From a bacterium (lineage in GTDB: Bacteria > Patescibacteriota > Patescibacteriia > UBA1558 > UBA10009), in contig JABHGM010000001.1 of the NCBI GenBank assembly GCA_018672055.1, forward strand, positions 507,494 through 571,493: DNA of 64,000 nucleotides. The letters run 5' to 3'. The notes under the pieces are model-generated. The model saw nothing but the letters and a program-made list of their open reading frames with translations, was not told the DNA's origin and searched no databases. This document shows positions 46,422 through 55,071 of this stretch, piece by piece; position 1 is the stretch's first letter; each line of letters starts with the position of its first letter. The position numbers and the translations under genes are program-made.

Positions 46422-47654
46422 ATGAGACAATCAAAATTATTTGGAAAAACAATTAGAGAAGCTCCAAAAGATGAAGTATCAGCTAATGCTATTTTTTTAT
46501 CACGTGCTGGATATATAGATAAGTTAATTGCTGGAGTATATAATTATTTACCACTCGGTGTTAAAGTTTTAAGTAAGATACAAAACATTGTTAGAGAAGA
46601 AATGAATAAGATAGATGGTCAGGAAATATATTTATCTGCATTGCAACATAAAGAATTATGGGAAAAAACTGGTAGATGGCAGAGTATGAAAGAAATTATG
46701 TTTCAATTTGAAGGTAGAGGTAATCAAGAAATTGGTTTAGGTGCTACTCACGAAGAACCAATTACTAGTATGGTTAAAAAAAGAGTATCTTCATACCGTG
46801 ACTTACCTTTTTACTTGTATCAAATACAAGATAAGTTTAGAAACGAACCAAGAGCTAAATCTGGCTTATTAAGAGGTCGTGAATTTAATATGAAGGATCT
46901 ATATAGTTTTTGTGAGTCACAAGAAGATTTAAATAAATTTTATGATAGAGCTATTAAAGCATATTTAACTATCTTTGAGCGTTGTGGCTTAAAAGCTATT
47001 GTTACAGAAGCTTCAGGCGGTGATTTTTCTAAAGAATATTCTCATGAATTTCAGGTTTTAACTAAAAATGGTGAGGATAATATAGTAATATGTACTAAGT
47101 GTGATTTCGCTCAAAATTCTGAAATATGTAAATTAAAAGATGGTGATGAATGCCCTAAATGTAAAGCTAAAGTAAAACATGAAAAATCAATTGAAGTTGG
47201 TAATATATTTAAATTAGGTACTAAATTTTCACACGATCTAGGTTTAAAATTTAAAGATAAATCTGGTAAAGAGCAAGAGGTGATTATGGGAAGTTATGGT
47301 ATTGGTCCATCTCGTGTAATGGGTTCAGTTGCTGAGGTATATCATGATGAAAAAGGTTTGATTTGGCCAAAAAGCTTATCTCCATTTGCGATACATTTGC
47401 TTCTTTTATCAGAAGATGATAAGAAGAAACAAATAGCTGATAAATTATATGATGATTTAATAAAGCAGGGTATAGATATATTGTATGATGATAGAGAAGT
47501 TAGTGCTGGAGTTAAGTTAAATGATGCTGATTTAATAGGTGTATCATTACAATTAATAATAGGTGATAAAACTAAAGATAAAGTTGAATATAAGATAAGA
47601 GCGGGGAATAAAAAAGGAGAGGTTGATGAAAAAGATATTAAGAAATTATTATAA
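46422..47654 (+). CDS. proS: proline--tRNA ligase (minimal, no editing domain, Zn-ribbon insert)
   Basis: N-terminal RAGYI..GVYNYLPLG, motif 2 FRNEPRAKSGLLRGREF, motif 3, C-terminal anticodon-binding domain; insert CTKCDF...CPKCKAK. Confidence 0.8.
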   Translation: MRQSKLFGKTIREAPKDEVSANAIFLSRAGYIDKLIAGVYNYLPLGVKVLSKIQNIVREEMNKIDGQEIYLSALQHKELWEKTGRWQSMKEIMFQFEGRGNQEIGLGATHEEPITSMVKKRVSSYRDLPFYLYQIQDKFRNEPRAKSGLLRGREFNMKDLYSFCESQEDLNKFYDRAIKAYLTIFERCGLKAIVTEASGGDFSKEYSHEFQVLTKNGEDNIVICTKCDFAQNSEICKLKDGDECPKCKAKVKHEKSIEVGNIFKLGTKFSHDLGLKFKDKSGKEQEVIMGSYGIGPSRVMGSVAEVYHDEKGLIWPKSLSPFAIHLLLLSEDDKKKQIADKLYDDLIKQGIDILYDDREVSAGVKLNDADLIGVSLQLIIGDKTKDKVEYKIRAGNKKGEVDEKDIKKLL

Positions 47655-48697
47655 TGTTAAATAAGTTACTTGGAAAATTTAGTGCAGACGTAGGTATAGA
47701 TCTTGGAACATCTAATATTTTAGTTTATGTACGTGATAAAGGTATTGTAGTTAATGAACCATCAGTAGTGGCTATTAATACTCGTAATGATCAAATTATT
47801 GCTATTGGTGGAGAAGCTAAAAAAATGATAGGTAAAACACCAAGCCATATTACCGTAACTAGACCTCTTATAAATGGAGTTATTTCTGATTTTGAAGTTA
47901 CCGAGAAAATGATAAAACATTTTATTAATAAAATACATCAAGAACATTTTAATTTATTACCCAGACCACGTATTGTAATTGGTATACCTTTAGATGTTAC
48001 TGAAGTAGAGCGTAAAGCAGTTGAAGATGCTTGTAAATCTGGTGGAGCTCGTGAAGTTCACTTAGTTGAACATCCCATAGCAGCAGCTATTGGATCTAGA
48101 CTACCTATTCAAGAAGCTTCAGGTATTATAATAGTAGAGTGTGGTGCAGGTAATACAGAAATTGCTGTTATTTCTTTAGGTGGCGTAGTTACCTTTACTA
48201 CATTACCAATTGCTGGTAATGAACTTGATGAAAATATTATTCAATATGCTAGAGAGAATTTTAATTTACTTTTAGGTGAAAGAACAGCTGAAATGTTAAA
48301 AATTAAAATTGGTACTGTTTCATCAGATGTTGAAAAAGAAGAGACTACTTTAAGAGGTCGTGATTTAATGACAGGTCTACCTAAAGAAGTTACTATATCA
48401 AATCATCAAATTAGAGAAGCTATTTTAAAATCAGTTCGTCAAATAGTTGAAGCTGTTAGAGACACAATTGAAAAAACACCTCCTGAATTAGTTGTAGATA
48501 TTTATGAAAGAGGAATCTTATTAAGTGGTGGTACAGCTATGTTAAGAGGCTTAGATAAATTAATAGTTCAAGAAATTAAAATACCTGTTCATATAATTGA
48601 TGATCCCTTAACATCTGTAGTTAGAGGTACGGGTATAATTTTAGAAGATTTAGATAATTTAAAAGAAGTTTTAGTTCCGCCAACTTTCGATAATTAA
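47654..48697 (+). CDS. mreB: rod shape-determining protein MreB
   Basis: VGIDLGTSN, actin-fold phosphate motifs; followed by mreC and mreD. Confidence 0.9.
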   Translation: MLNKLLGKFSADVGIDLGTSNILVYVRDKGIVVNEPSVVAINTRNDQIIAIGGEAKKMIGKTPSHITVTRPLINGVISDFEVTEKMIKHFINKIHQEHFNLLPRPRIVIGIPLDVTEVERKAVEDACKSGGAREVHLVEHPIAAAIGSRLPIQEASGIIIVECGAGNTEIAVISLGGVVTFTTLPIAGNELDENIIQYARENFNLLLGERTAEMLKIKIGTVSSDVEKEETTLRGRDLMTGLPKEVTISNHQIREAILKSVRQIVEAVRDTIEKTPPELVVDIYERGILLSGGTAMLRGLDKLIVQEIKIPVHIIDDPLTSVVRGTGIILEDLDNLKEVLVPPTFDN

Positions 48698-48699
48698 AT

Positions 48700-49482
48700 A
48701 TGGAAAAAATAAAAGGTAAATCTTTATTTATTGTAGTAGCAGTTATTATCCTGCTGATTTTTTTTCATATAATTGGAATATTAGGACCAGTTGAAAGATT
48801 TATTGTTAAAGTAACATTGCCTATACAAAGATCCTTCTACAATCTAGGTATGAGTTTAAATAAAATATCTAATTTAAATGAAATAAGTTCAGAAAATGAT
48901 AGATTAAGAAATAAGTTATCTGAACTTAATATAGATTATGTAAAGTTATCTAGTTTAGAATCAGAAAATAATTATTTAAAAGATGAATTAAACTATTTAA
49001 ATACAAAAAATTATCAATTTGTCTTAGCTGATATTATTGGTAAAACAGAAATTAATAATCAAGTTTTAATAATTAATAAAGGCAGTTTAGATGGTGTTAA
49101 AGAAGGTATAGCGGCTACAGTTTCCGAAGGTGTAGTCATAGGTAAAGTAGCTAAAGTAGAAAAAAGCAGATCATTTATTGAGCTCTTAACCAGTACTCAG
49201 AGTCAATTAGCTATATCACTTGGTAATTTAAATGAAACTAATGGTTTAGTAATTGGCCAAGCTGGTAATTCTATGCTTCTTGATTTAATTCCTCAGGATC
49301 AAGAAATTAATATAGGTGATCTAGTAATTACTTCAGGCTTAGAAAATAATATACCCCGTGGGTTATTAATAGGTGAGGTTGTTGAAGTGATATCACAAGT
49401 AGGACAAATATTTAAACAAGCTAAGATAATCCCACCGTTTAATTATCAGAATTTACAGACTCTAACTTTAATAATAAATTAA
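48700..49482 (+). CDS. mreC: rod shape-determining protein MreC
   Basis: N-terminal TM, coiled coil, C-terminal beta domain (GDLVITSG); operon position. Confidence 0.75.
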   Translation: MEKIKGKSLFIVVAVIILLIFFHIIGILGPVERFIVKVTLPIQRSFYNLGMSLNKISNLNEISSENDRLRNKLSELNIDYVKLSSLESENNYLKDELNYLNTKNYQFVLADIIGKTEINNQVLIINKGSLDGVKEGIAATVSEGVVIGKVAKVEKSRSFIELLTSTQSQLAISLGNLNETNGLVIGQAGNSMLLDLIPQDQEINIGDLVITSGLENNIPRGLLIGEVVEVISQVGQIFKQAKIIPPFNYQNLQTLTLIIN

Positions 49483-49483
49483 T

Positions 49484-49993
49484 ATGAAATTAAAATATTT
49501 ATTTAGTGTAGTATTTATCATATTAATTTATTTTTTTCAAATAAATTTTTTATATGCTAGTAATAATTTTTTAGCATTTATTAATCTATTATTTATTTCA
49601 ATATTATGGTTAGCCTTAACTGATTCAAAATGGCTTTGGTGGTTTGTAATGTTAAGTGGTTTAATCATGGATATGCAATTTCATGTATTTGGTTACTATT
49701 TATTATCATATATTATTTTAGTATTTGTTGTGAGAATTTTAAAAAATAAAATTGCTGTAACTGGTCGTTTAAATCAATATTTTATTATTTATAGTCTAAG
49801 CTTAATATCTTTTACATTGCTACAAATAATTTTAAGATGGTTATTTAATCTAATGTCAGTATCTTGGACTATACTTTCATTTAATAGTTTTAGTCAGGTA
49901 ATTAGTTTTAATATTATTCAAGTATATCTTGTAAATCTATTAATCTTACTATTTATTTACTTATTATTTAAAAATAAGTTGTCTACTGTATGA
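49484..49993 (+). CDS. mreD: rod shape-determining protein MreD-like
   Basis: 169-aa polytopic membrane protein immediately after mreC. Confidence 0.55.
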   Translation: MKLKYLFSVVFIILIYFFQINFLYASNNFLAFINLLFISILWLALTDSKWLWWFVMLSGLIMDMQFHVFGYYLLSYIILVFVVRILKNKIAVTGRLNQYFIIYSLSLISFTLLQIILRWLFNLMSVSWTILSFNSFSQVISFNIIQVYLVNLLILLFIYLLFKNKLSTV

Positions 49994-51918
49994 AAAACTA
50001 TAATGACCCATTTGTAATACATGATCAGGCTAAAGATATGAAAGATAGCTCTTTGCCTAACTTTCGATATAATAATGAAGCAGGGTCAAGTATAGTAACT
50101 GAAAAAAGTAATCCATTATGGCTCGGTAAAGTTGTTTCAATTACTAAGTTTAATTTCTTGTTCTTTGCTTTAATTTCAGTATTTCTAGTTCTTTTTCTTA
50201 GATTAGGACACCTGCAACTAGTTAAAGGTTATGAGTATCATGATAAGGCTGAAGGTAATCGTATTAGAATTGAGTATCAACCAACTAAGCGAGGAATCAT
50301 TTTTGATAGATGGCATACACCGCTTGTTGAAAATGTAGCTGCTTTTTCTCTCTATTTAACACCATATCAATTACCCGATGATTCTCTAGAGTTTACGGAA
50401 ATAAAAAATATACTTGAAGATATATTAAAAGATGAAGAGGATGTAAATAAATCAGTAAATGATCTTTTAACTAGTGAAAGTCAATTACCAAAGCTAGTTA
50501 AAGATAGTTTGGATTATGAAGTTGCTGTACAACTTATGATAATTACAAGTAATATACCCAGTTTAGAAGTGTTAACAGATCCTTATCGTAATTATTTAAG
50601 TGATAGTATTAATTCTCATTTACTTGGTTATACGTCTAGAATATATGAAAATGAAAAAGATAAATATTTAAATGACGGTTATCAATTATTTGAAAGAGTT
50701 GGTAAAACTGGTTTGGAAAGTTTTTATGAAGATAAATTAAGAGGTACCCTTGGTAAACAGCAAGTTGAAGTAGATAATTTAGGTAGAAAATTAGAAATAA
50801 TTGCTGAAGAACCCTCTTTGCCTGGTAAAAACATTGTTTTAGCAATTGATAATGGTTTACAAATGGCTATAGCTGAAAGTTTAGAAAAATATGCTTCAAA
50901 TAAAGCTGCAGCAGTTATAGCTTTAGATCCAAAAACTGGTAAGGTAAGAGCTTTGGTTAGCTGGCCATCATTTGATCATAATTCTTTTAGTCAAAAATTA
51001 TCATCCGAAGTTTATAATAATATAATAAGTGATCCTTTAAAGCCACTATATAATAGAGCTATAGCTGGTGAGTATCCTTCTGGGTCTACGATTAAAATAA
51101 TAGTTGGCGCAGAAGCCCTAGATCAAGATTTAGTAAGTAGATGGTCACAAGTAATGAGTTTTGGCGGTGTTTGGTATGATAAGTGGTTTTTTCCTGATTG
51201 GAAAAGCGGGGGACATGGCATGACAAATATTGTTAAAGCTTTAGCTGAATCAGTTAACACCTATTTCTATTTCTTAGCATTAGAAGAATTTGAAGATCAT
51301 AAAGGTTTAGGTTTAGATAAAATATTATCTGTTTTTTCAAGAGTTGGTATTGGTAAAATATTAGGTATAGATTTATATGGTGAAAGTTCTGGTTTTTTAC
51401 CAAGCAGAGAATGGAAAAGAGAAGCAAAGGATGAAATATGGTATCCAGGAGATACTATGCATTTAGTTATTGGACAAGGTGATATTTTAACAACACCTCT
51501 GCAAGTTGCTGCATATACTAATGTTATTGCTAGTAATGGTATTTTATATAAACCTCAGTTAGTTGAAGAGATACAAGATCCTTTAACTGGTGAGATAACT
51601 ATTATTGAGCCTGAAGTAATAGATAGCCATTTATTTAGTCCAGAAAGTTTAGATATTATTCGAGAAGGCATGAAAGCTGTTACTGAATGGGGTAGTGCTA
51701 GAAGCTATAACGGACATCCTATGGAAGTAGCTGGTAAAACAGGTACAGCGCAAGCAGGTGGTGATAGGGTACCTCACTCATGGTTTACTAGTTTTGCACC
51801 ATATAATGATCCAGAGCTTGTTATTACAGTATTAGTTGAAAATGGTGGAGAAGGTAGCTCTGTAGCTTCACCAATTGCTCGTGATGTATGGTGGTGGTAT
51901 TATAATAATCGTAAATAA
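49990..51918 (+). CDS. mrdA: penicillin-binding protein 2 (transpeptidase)
   Basis: N-terminal TM, dimerisation domain, SxxK (PSGSTIK), SxN, KTGT motifs. Confidence 0.9.
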   Translation: MKNYNDPFVIHDQAKDMKDSSLPNFRYNNEAGSSIVTEKSNPLWLGKVVSITKFNFLFFALISVFLVLFLRLGHLQLVKGYEYHDKAEGNRIRIEYQPTKRGIIFDRWHTPLVENVAAFSLYLTPYQLPDDSLEFTEIKNILEDILKDEEDVNKSVNDLLTSESQLPKLVKDSLDYEVAVQLMIITSNIPSLEVLTDPYRNYLSDSINSHLLGYTSRIYENEKDKYLNDGYQLFERVGKTGLESFYEDKLRGTLGKQQVEVDNLGRKLEIIAEEPSLPGKNIVLAIDNGLQMAIAESLEKYASNKAAAVIALDPKTGKVRALVSWPSFDHNSFSQKLSSEVYNNIISDPLKPLYNRAIAGEYPSGSTIKIIVGAEALDQDLVSRWSQVMSFGGVWYDKWFFPDWKSGGHGMTNIVKALAESVNTYFYFLALEEFEDHKGLGLDKILSVFSRVGIGKILGIDLYGESSGFLPSREWKREAKDEIWYPGDTMHLVIGQGDILTTPLQVAAYTNVIASNGILYKPQLVEEIQDPLTGEITIIEPEVIDSHLFSPESLDIIREGMKAVTEWGSARSYNGHPMEVAGKTGTAQAGGDRVPHSWFTSFAPYNDPELVITVLVENGGEGSSVASPIARDVWWWYYNNRK

Positions 51919-51944
51919 TAAAATTAAAAATTAATAAAAAATTT

Positions 51945-52403
51945 ATGGCAGATTATCCAGTCTTAACTCCTGAAGGTAAGGGAAAGTTAAAAAAAGAACT
52001 TGCTTTTCTAAAAGGAGAAAAAAGACTAGAAATAAAAAAAAGAATTGAATTAGCAAAAGAGCACGGTGATTTAAGTGAAAATGCTGAATATCATGATGCT
52101 CGTGAAGAACAATCATTTTCTGAAGGTAGAATATTAGAAATTGAGAACATCTTAAAAACTGCAGTTACTCCAGATACTACATCTACCAGTGGTATTAAAG
52201 TAAGTGATAAAGTTACTTTAGAAATTGACGGTACTGAGATTATCTATACTATCGTTGGTTCTCATGAATCTAAACCAGAAGAGAATTTAATTTCTTGTGA
52301 TTCACCTATGGGTGAAGCTTTACTTGGGCATAATGAAGGTGAAGAAGTTGAAATTGAATTACCTAAAGGTATTGTTAAATATTTAATTAAAAAGGTTAAT
52401 TAG
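51945..52403 (+). CDS. greA: transcription elongation factor GreA
   Basis: N-terminal coiled coil with acidic tip (GDLSENAEYHDAREEQ), C-terminal FKBP-like domain. Confidence 0.9.
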   Translation: MADYPVLTPEGKGKLKKELAFLKGEKRLEIKKRIELAKEHGDLSENAEYHDAREEQSFSEGRILEIENILKTAVTPDTTSTSGIKVSDKVTLEIDGTEIIYTIVGSHESKPEENLISCDSPMGEALLGHNEGEEVEIELPKGIVKYLIKKVN

Positions 52404-52456
52404 ACTTGGCATATATATTCAATTATGTTAGTATAATTTCACATTAACAAGAAATT

Positions 52457-53476
52457 ATGGCAATGTTTCCTAAAAAAATTGGAATAGATTTGGGTACTAC
52501 ATACACCTTAGTTCATTTACCTAAAAGAGGTATTATTATTAATGAACCCTCTGTAGTAGCTATCTCTGTGCTTGATAAAAAAGTTTTAGCTGTAGGTGAA
52601 GAAGCTAAAGAAATGTTAGGTCGTACACCTGATACTATAGTAGCTCAACGTCCACTTAGAGATGGAGTTATTGCTGATTACAAGACAACAGAGAGTATGC
52701 TTAGGTATTTTATAAATAAAGCAGTTAAAGGTGTTAAATTATTTAGACCTGAAGTTATGATTGCTGTACCTGCTGGTATTACTTCTACTGAAAGAAGAGC
52801 TGTTATTGATGCTACTATGTCAGCTGGAGCTAAGGCAGCCTATATTATTAAAGAACCAATTGCCGCAGCAATTGGTGCAGATATTCCAATTGGTTCAGCT
52901 TCTGGACATATGATAGTAGATATTGGTGGTGGTACAGCTGAAATTGCTGTTATCTCCTTAGGTGGTATTGTAGCTAATACTTCAATACGTATTGGAGGTA
53001 ATAAATTTGATACATCTATTGCTGAATTTATACGTAAAAAATATGGTTTAGCTATTGGTGAGAGAACTGCAGAAGATATTAAAATTAAAATAGGTTCAGC
53101 TATGTATTTAGATGATGATGAGAAGTTAAGCATGAAGATTAGAGGCAGAGATATGATATCTGGTTTACCACGTTCCATTGAGGTTAATTCAGATGATGTG
53201 ACTGAAGCCCTGCAAAATGAATTACAAGGAATAATAGCTGCTGTTAAATCTGTATTATTTAAAACGCCTCCTGAATTAAGCGCTGATGTTATGGATAAAG
53301 GAATGGTTTTAACTGGTGGTAGTTCTTTACTTAGAAATATTTCAGAACTTTTAACTCAAGCTACAGGAGTTCCTGCATATGTCGCTGATGATTCACTGTT
53401 ATGTGTAGCTAAAGGTACAGGTGTTGCTCTTGATAATCTTGATTCATATAAAAGAAGTATATTATCAACCAAGTAA
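52457..53476 (+). CDS. MreB/Mbl-family actin homolog (second paralog)
   Basis: IGIDLGTTYT, same fold as mreB at 47654 but divergent. Confidence 0.85.
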   Translation: MAMFPKKIGIDLGTTYTLVHLPKRGIIINEPSVVAISVLDKKVLAVGEEAKEMLGRTPDTIVAQRPLRDGVIADYKTTESMLRYFINKAVKGVKLFRPEVMIAVPAGITSTERRAVIDATMSAGAKAAYIIKEPIAAAIGADIPIGSASGHMIVDIGGGTAEIAVISLGGIVANTSIRIGGNKFDTSIAEFIRKKYGLAIGERTAEDIKIKIGSAMYLDDDEKLSMKIRGRDMISGLPRSIEVNSDDVTEALQNELQGIIAAVKSVLFKTPPELSADVMDKGMVLTGGSSLLRNISELLTQATGVPAYVADDSLLCVAKGTGVALDNLDSYKRSILSTK

Positions 53477-53477
53477 T

Positions 53478-54587
53478 ATGATTATTGGTATCGATGCATC
53501 ACGTGCAAATACAAAAGAGAGAAGTGGTGTAGAATGGTATGCTTTTCATTTAATACATAATTTAGCTAAAATTGATTCAAAAAATCAATATTTTTTATAC
53601 TCAAATAAGGAATTTAGAGATGATTTAAAAATAGATCAACCTAATTTTCATCTTAAGGTTTTAAAATGGCCATTTTCTAGGTTATGGACTCTAGGTAGAT
53701 TAACTCTTGAAATGATTTTTAAAAAAGTAGATGTATTAATAGTACCTTCACATACCCTGCCTTTAGTTGGAGCTCGTAAAAATATATTATCATGGCATGA
53801 TTTAGCCTATGAGCATTATCCAGAGGTATATACTAAGTCTCATTTAATGTCTCTTAAACAAGGTATAAAAAGAGGTATTAAAAAAGCTGACAAAATAATT
53901 ACAATATCTAATTTTACTCGTAATGAAATAGTAGAGAAATATAATTTAAGTTTAGACAGGATTGAAGTAACTTACATGGGTATAGATCATAAGTTATGGA
54001 AAAAACAAGATGAAAAGAAAGTAAAGAATTATTTAAGAGAAAATAACTTTAACTTACCTTACTTTGTATATTTAGGAAGATTAACAGCTAAAAAAAATGT
54101 ACCTGGCTTAATAGAAGCATATAATATATTTAGAAAACAAATAGCTAGGCCTCATAACCTTTATTTAATAGGTTTCAAAGGTTTTGATTTTAAATTAATC
54201 GAAAAAGCAATAAGTAGCTCTCCATATTCAAATGAAATTAAAGTACTAGGCTATACTCCTTCTAAAGAATTACCAATTATTTTTGCAGGAGCTGAAGCTC
54301 TAGTATTTCCATCATTTTATGAAGGTTTTGGTATTCCAGTAATTGAAGCTATGGCTTCTGGCTGTCCGGTTATAACAAGTAATTTAACAGCTTTACCTGA
54401 AGTAGTGGCTGGTAGTGGTATTTTAGTAGATCCGAGAAATAAAGAAGATATAGCCAAAGCTATGGAAAAAATTGTTAGTGATAATAATTTTAAAGAAGAA
54501 TTAAGATTAAAAGGGTTAAGTAGAGCTAAAGAATTTACTTGGCTCAAATGTGCTAAAAAAACATTAGAAATTATAGAAAATATATAA
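53478..54587 (+). CDS. glycosyltransferase family 4 (GT-B, GT1 superfamily)
   Basis: Start moved to MIIGID (53478) after the upstream stop; C-terminal EGFGIPVIEAMASGCPVITS motif. Confidence 0.8.
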   Translation: MIIGIDASRANTKERSGVEWYAFHLIHNLAKIDSKNQYFLYSNKEFRDDLKIDQPNFHLKVLKWPFSRLWTLGRLTLEMIFKKVDVLIVPSHTLPLVGARKNILSWHDLAYEHYPEVYTKSHLMSLKQGIKRGIKKADKIITISNFTRNEIVEKYNLSLDRIEVTYMGIDHKLWKKQDEKKVKNYLRENNFNLPYFVYLGRLTAKKNVPGLIEAYNIFRKQIARPHNLYLIGFKGFDFKLIEKAISSSPYSNEIKVLGYTPSKELPIIFAGAEALVFPSFYEGFGIPVIEAMASGCPVITSNLTALPEVVAGSGILVDPRNKEDIAKAMEKIVSDNNFKEELRLKGLSRAKEFTWLKCAKKTLEIIENI

Positions 54588-54589
54588 TT

Positions 54590-54620
54590 AAAAAAGATGA
54601 ATAAATTATTCATCTTTTTT
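54590..54620. terminator. bidirectional rho-independent terminator (GT4 gene on plus strand, rnpB on minus strand)
   Basis: AAAAAA-GATGAATA-aat-TATTCATC-TTTTTT. Confidence 0.8.
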
Positions 54621-54988
54621 AATACTCATTTAAGTTAATAAGCCGAATTCTGTATAACAGTGATCATCTATCTAGTCCATTTGTTGCCAAATGGATCAAG
54701 CTCTCAACCCGCTACTTAAAGTAGCCTACTTGAGATTGCACCGAATAGAAGTTTACCTCTTTTCCATCATCACTGAATGGAACGGGTTAGATCGTACTCT
54801 AACCTTTTCACCCATAATTTGTGAAGGGTATACCCGTGTCTCACAAATAGGAATATTTTCTGCTGCACTTGTCCTACTTAAGTATTCACATACCCAAGCG
54901 GTTGGTGTTACCAACTATTACTAAGATTGGTGTTCGGACTTTCCTCTACATAAATTAATATGTAGCGATCACTTAAACTTAAATGAGC
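54621..54988 (-). ncRNA. rnpB: RNase P RNA (bacterial type A-like)
   Basis: Minus strand: P1 CUCAUUUAAGUU pairs with AACUUAAAUGAG; P2 GUGAUC/GAUCAC; P3 hairpin CUACAUA-UUAAUU-UAUGUAG; P4 5' AGAGGAAAGUCCGAACACC; GGGUGAAAAGGUUAGAGUACGAUCUAACC (P10.1/P11 GGGUGAAA motif); 3' ACAGAAUUCGGCUUAU (P4 3' strand); local GC above background. Confidence 0.85.
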
Positions 54989-54995
54989 ATCTAGT

Positions 54996-55024
54996 AATAT
55001 ATCATATATAATGTATTTTGTCAA
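54996..55024 (-). promoter_or_regulatory. rnpB promoter
   Basis: Minus strand: -35 TTGACA, 17-nt spacer, -10 TATATT, 7 nt to the predicted G +1 of mature rnpB. Confidence 0.7.
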
Positions 55025-55071
55025 TGTTTAGTATTGTGTTAAAATAAGTTAAAATCTGTTATTATACTAAT

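Noticed and set aside
54691-54924. 77-aa plus-strand ORF in the GT4/WbaP intergenic region
   Set aside because: Lies entirely within RNase P RNA (minus strand) with matching P1-P4 and GGGUGAAA elements; elevated GC here is explained by the structured RNA; no RBS or promoter
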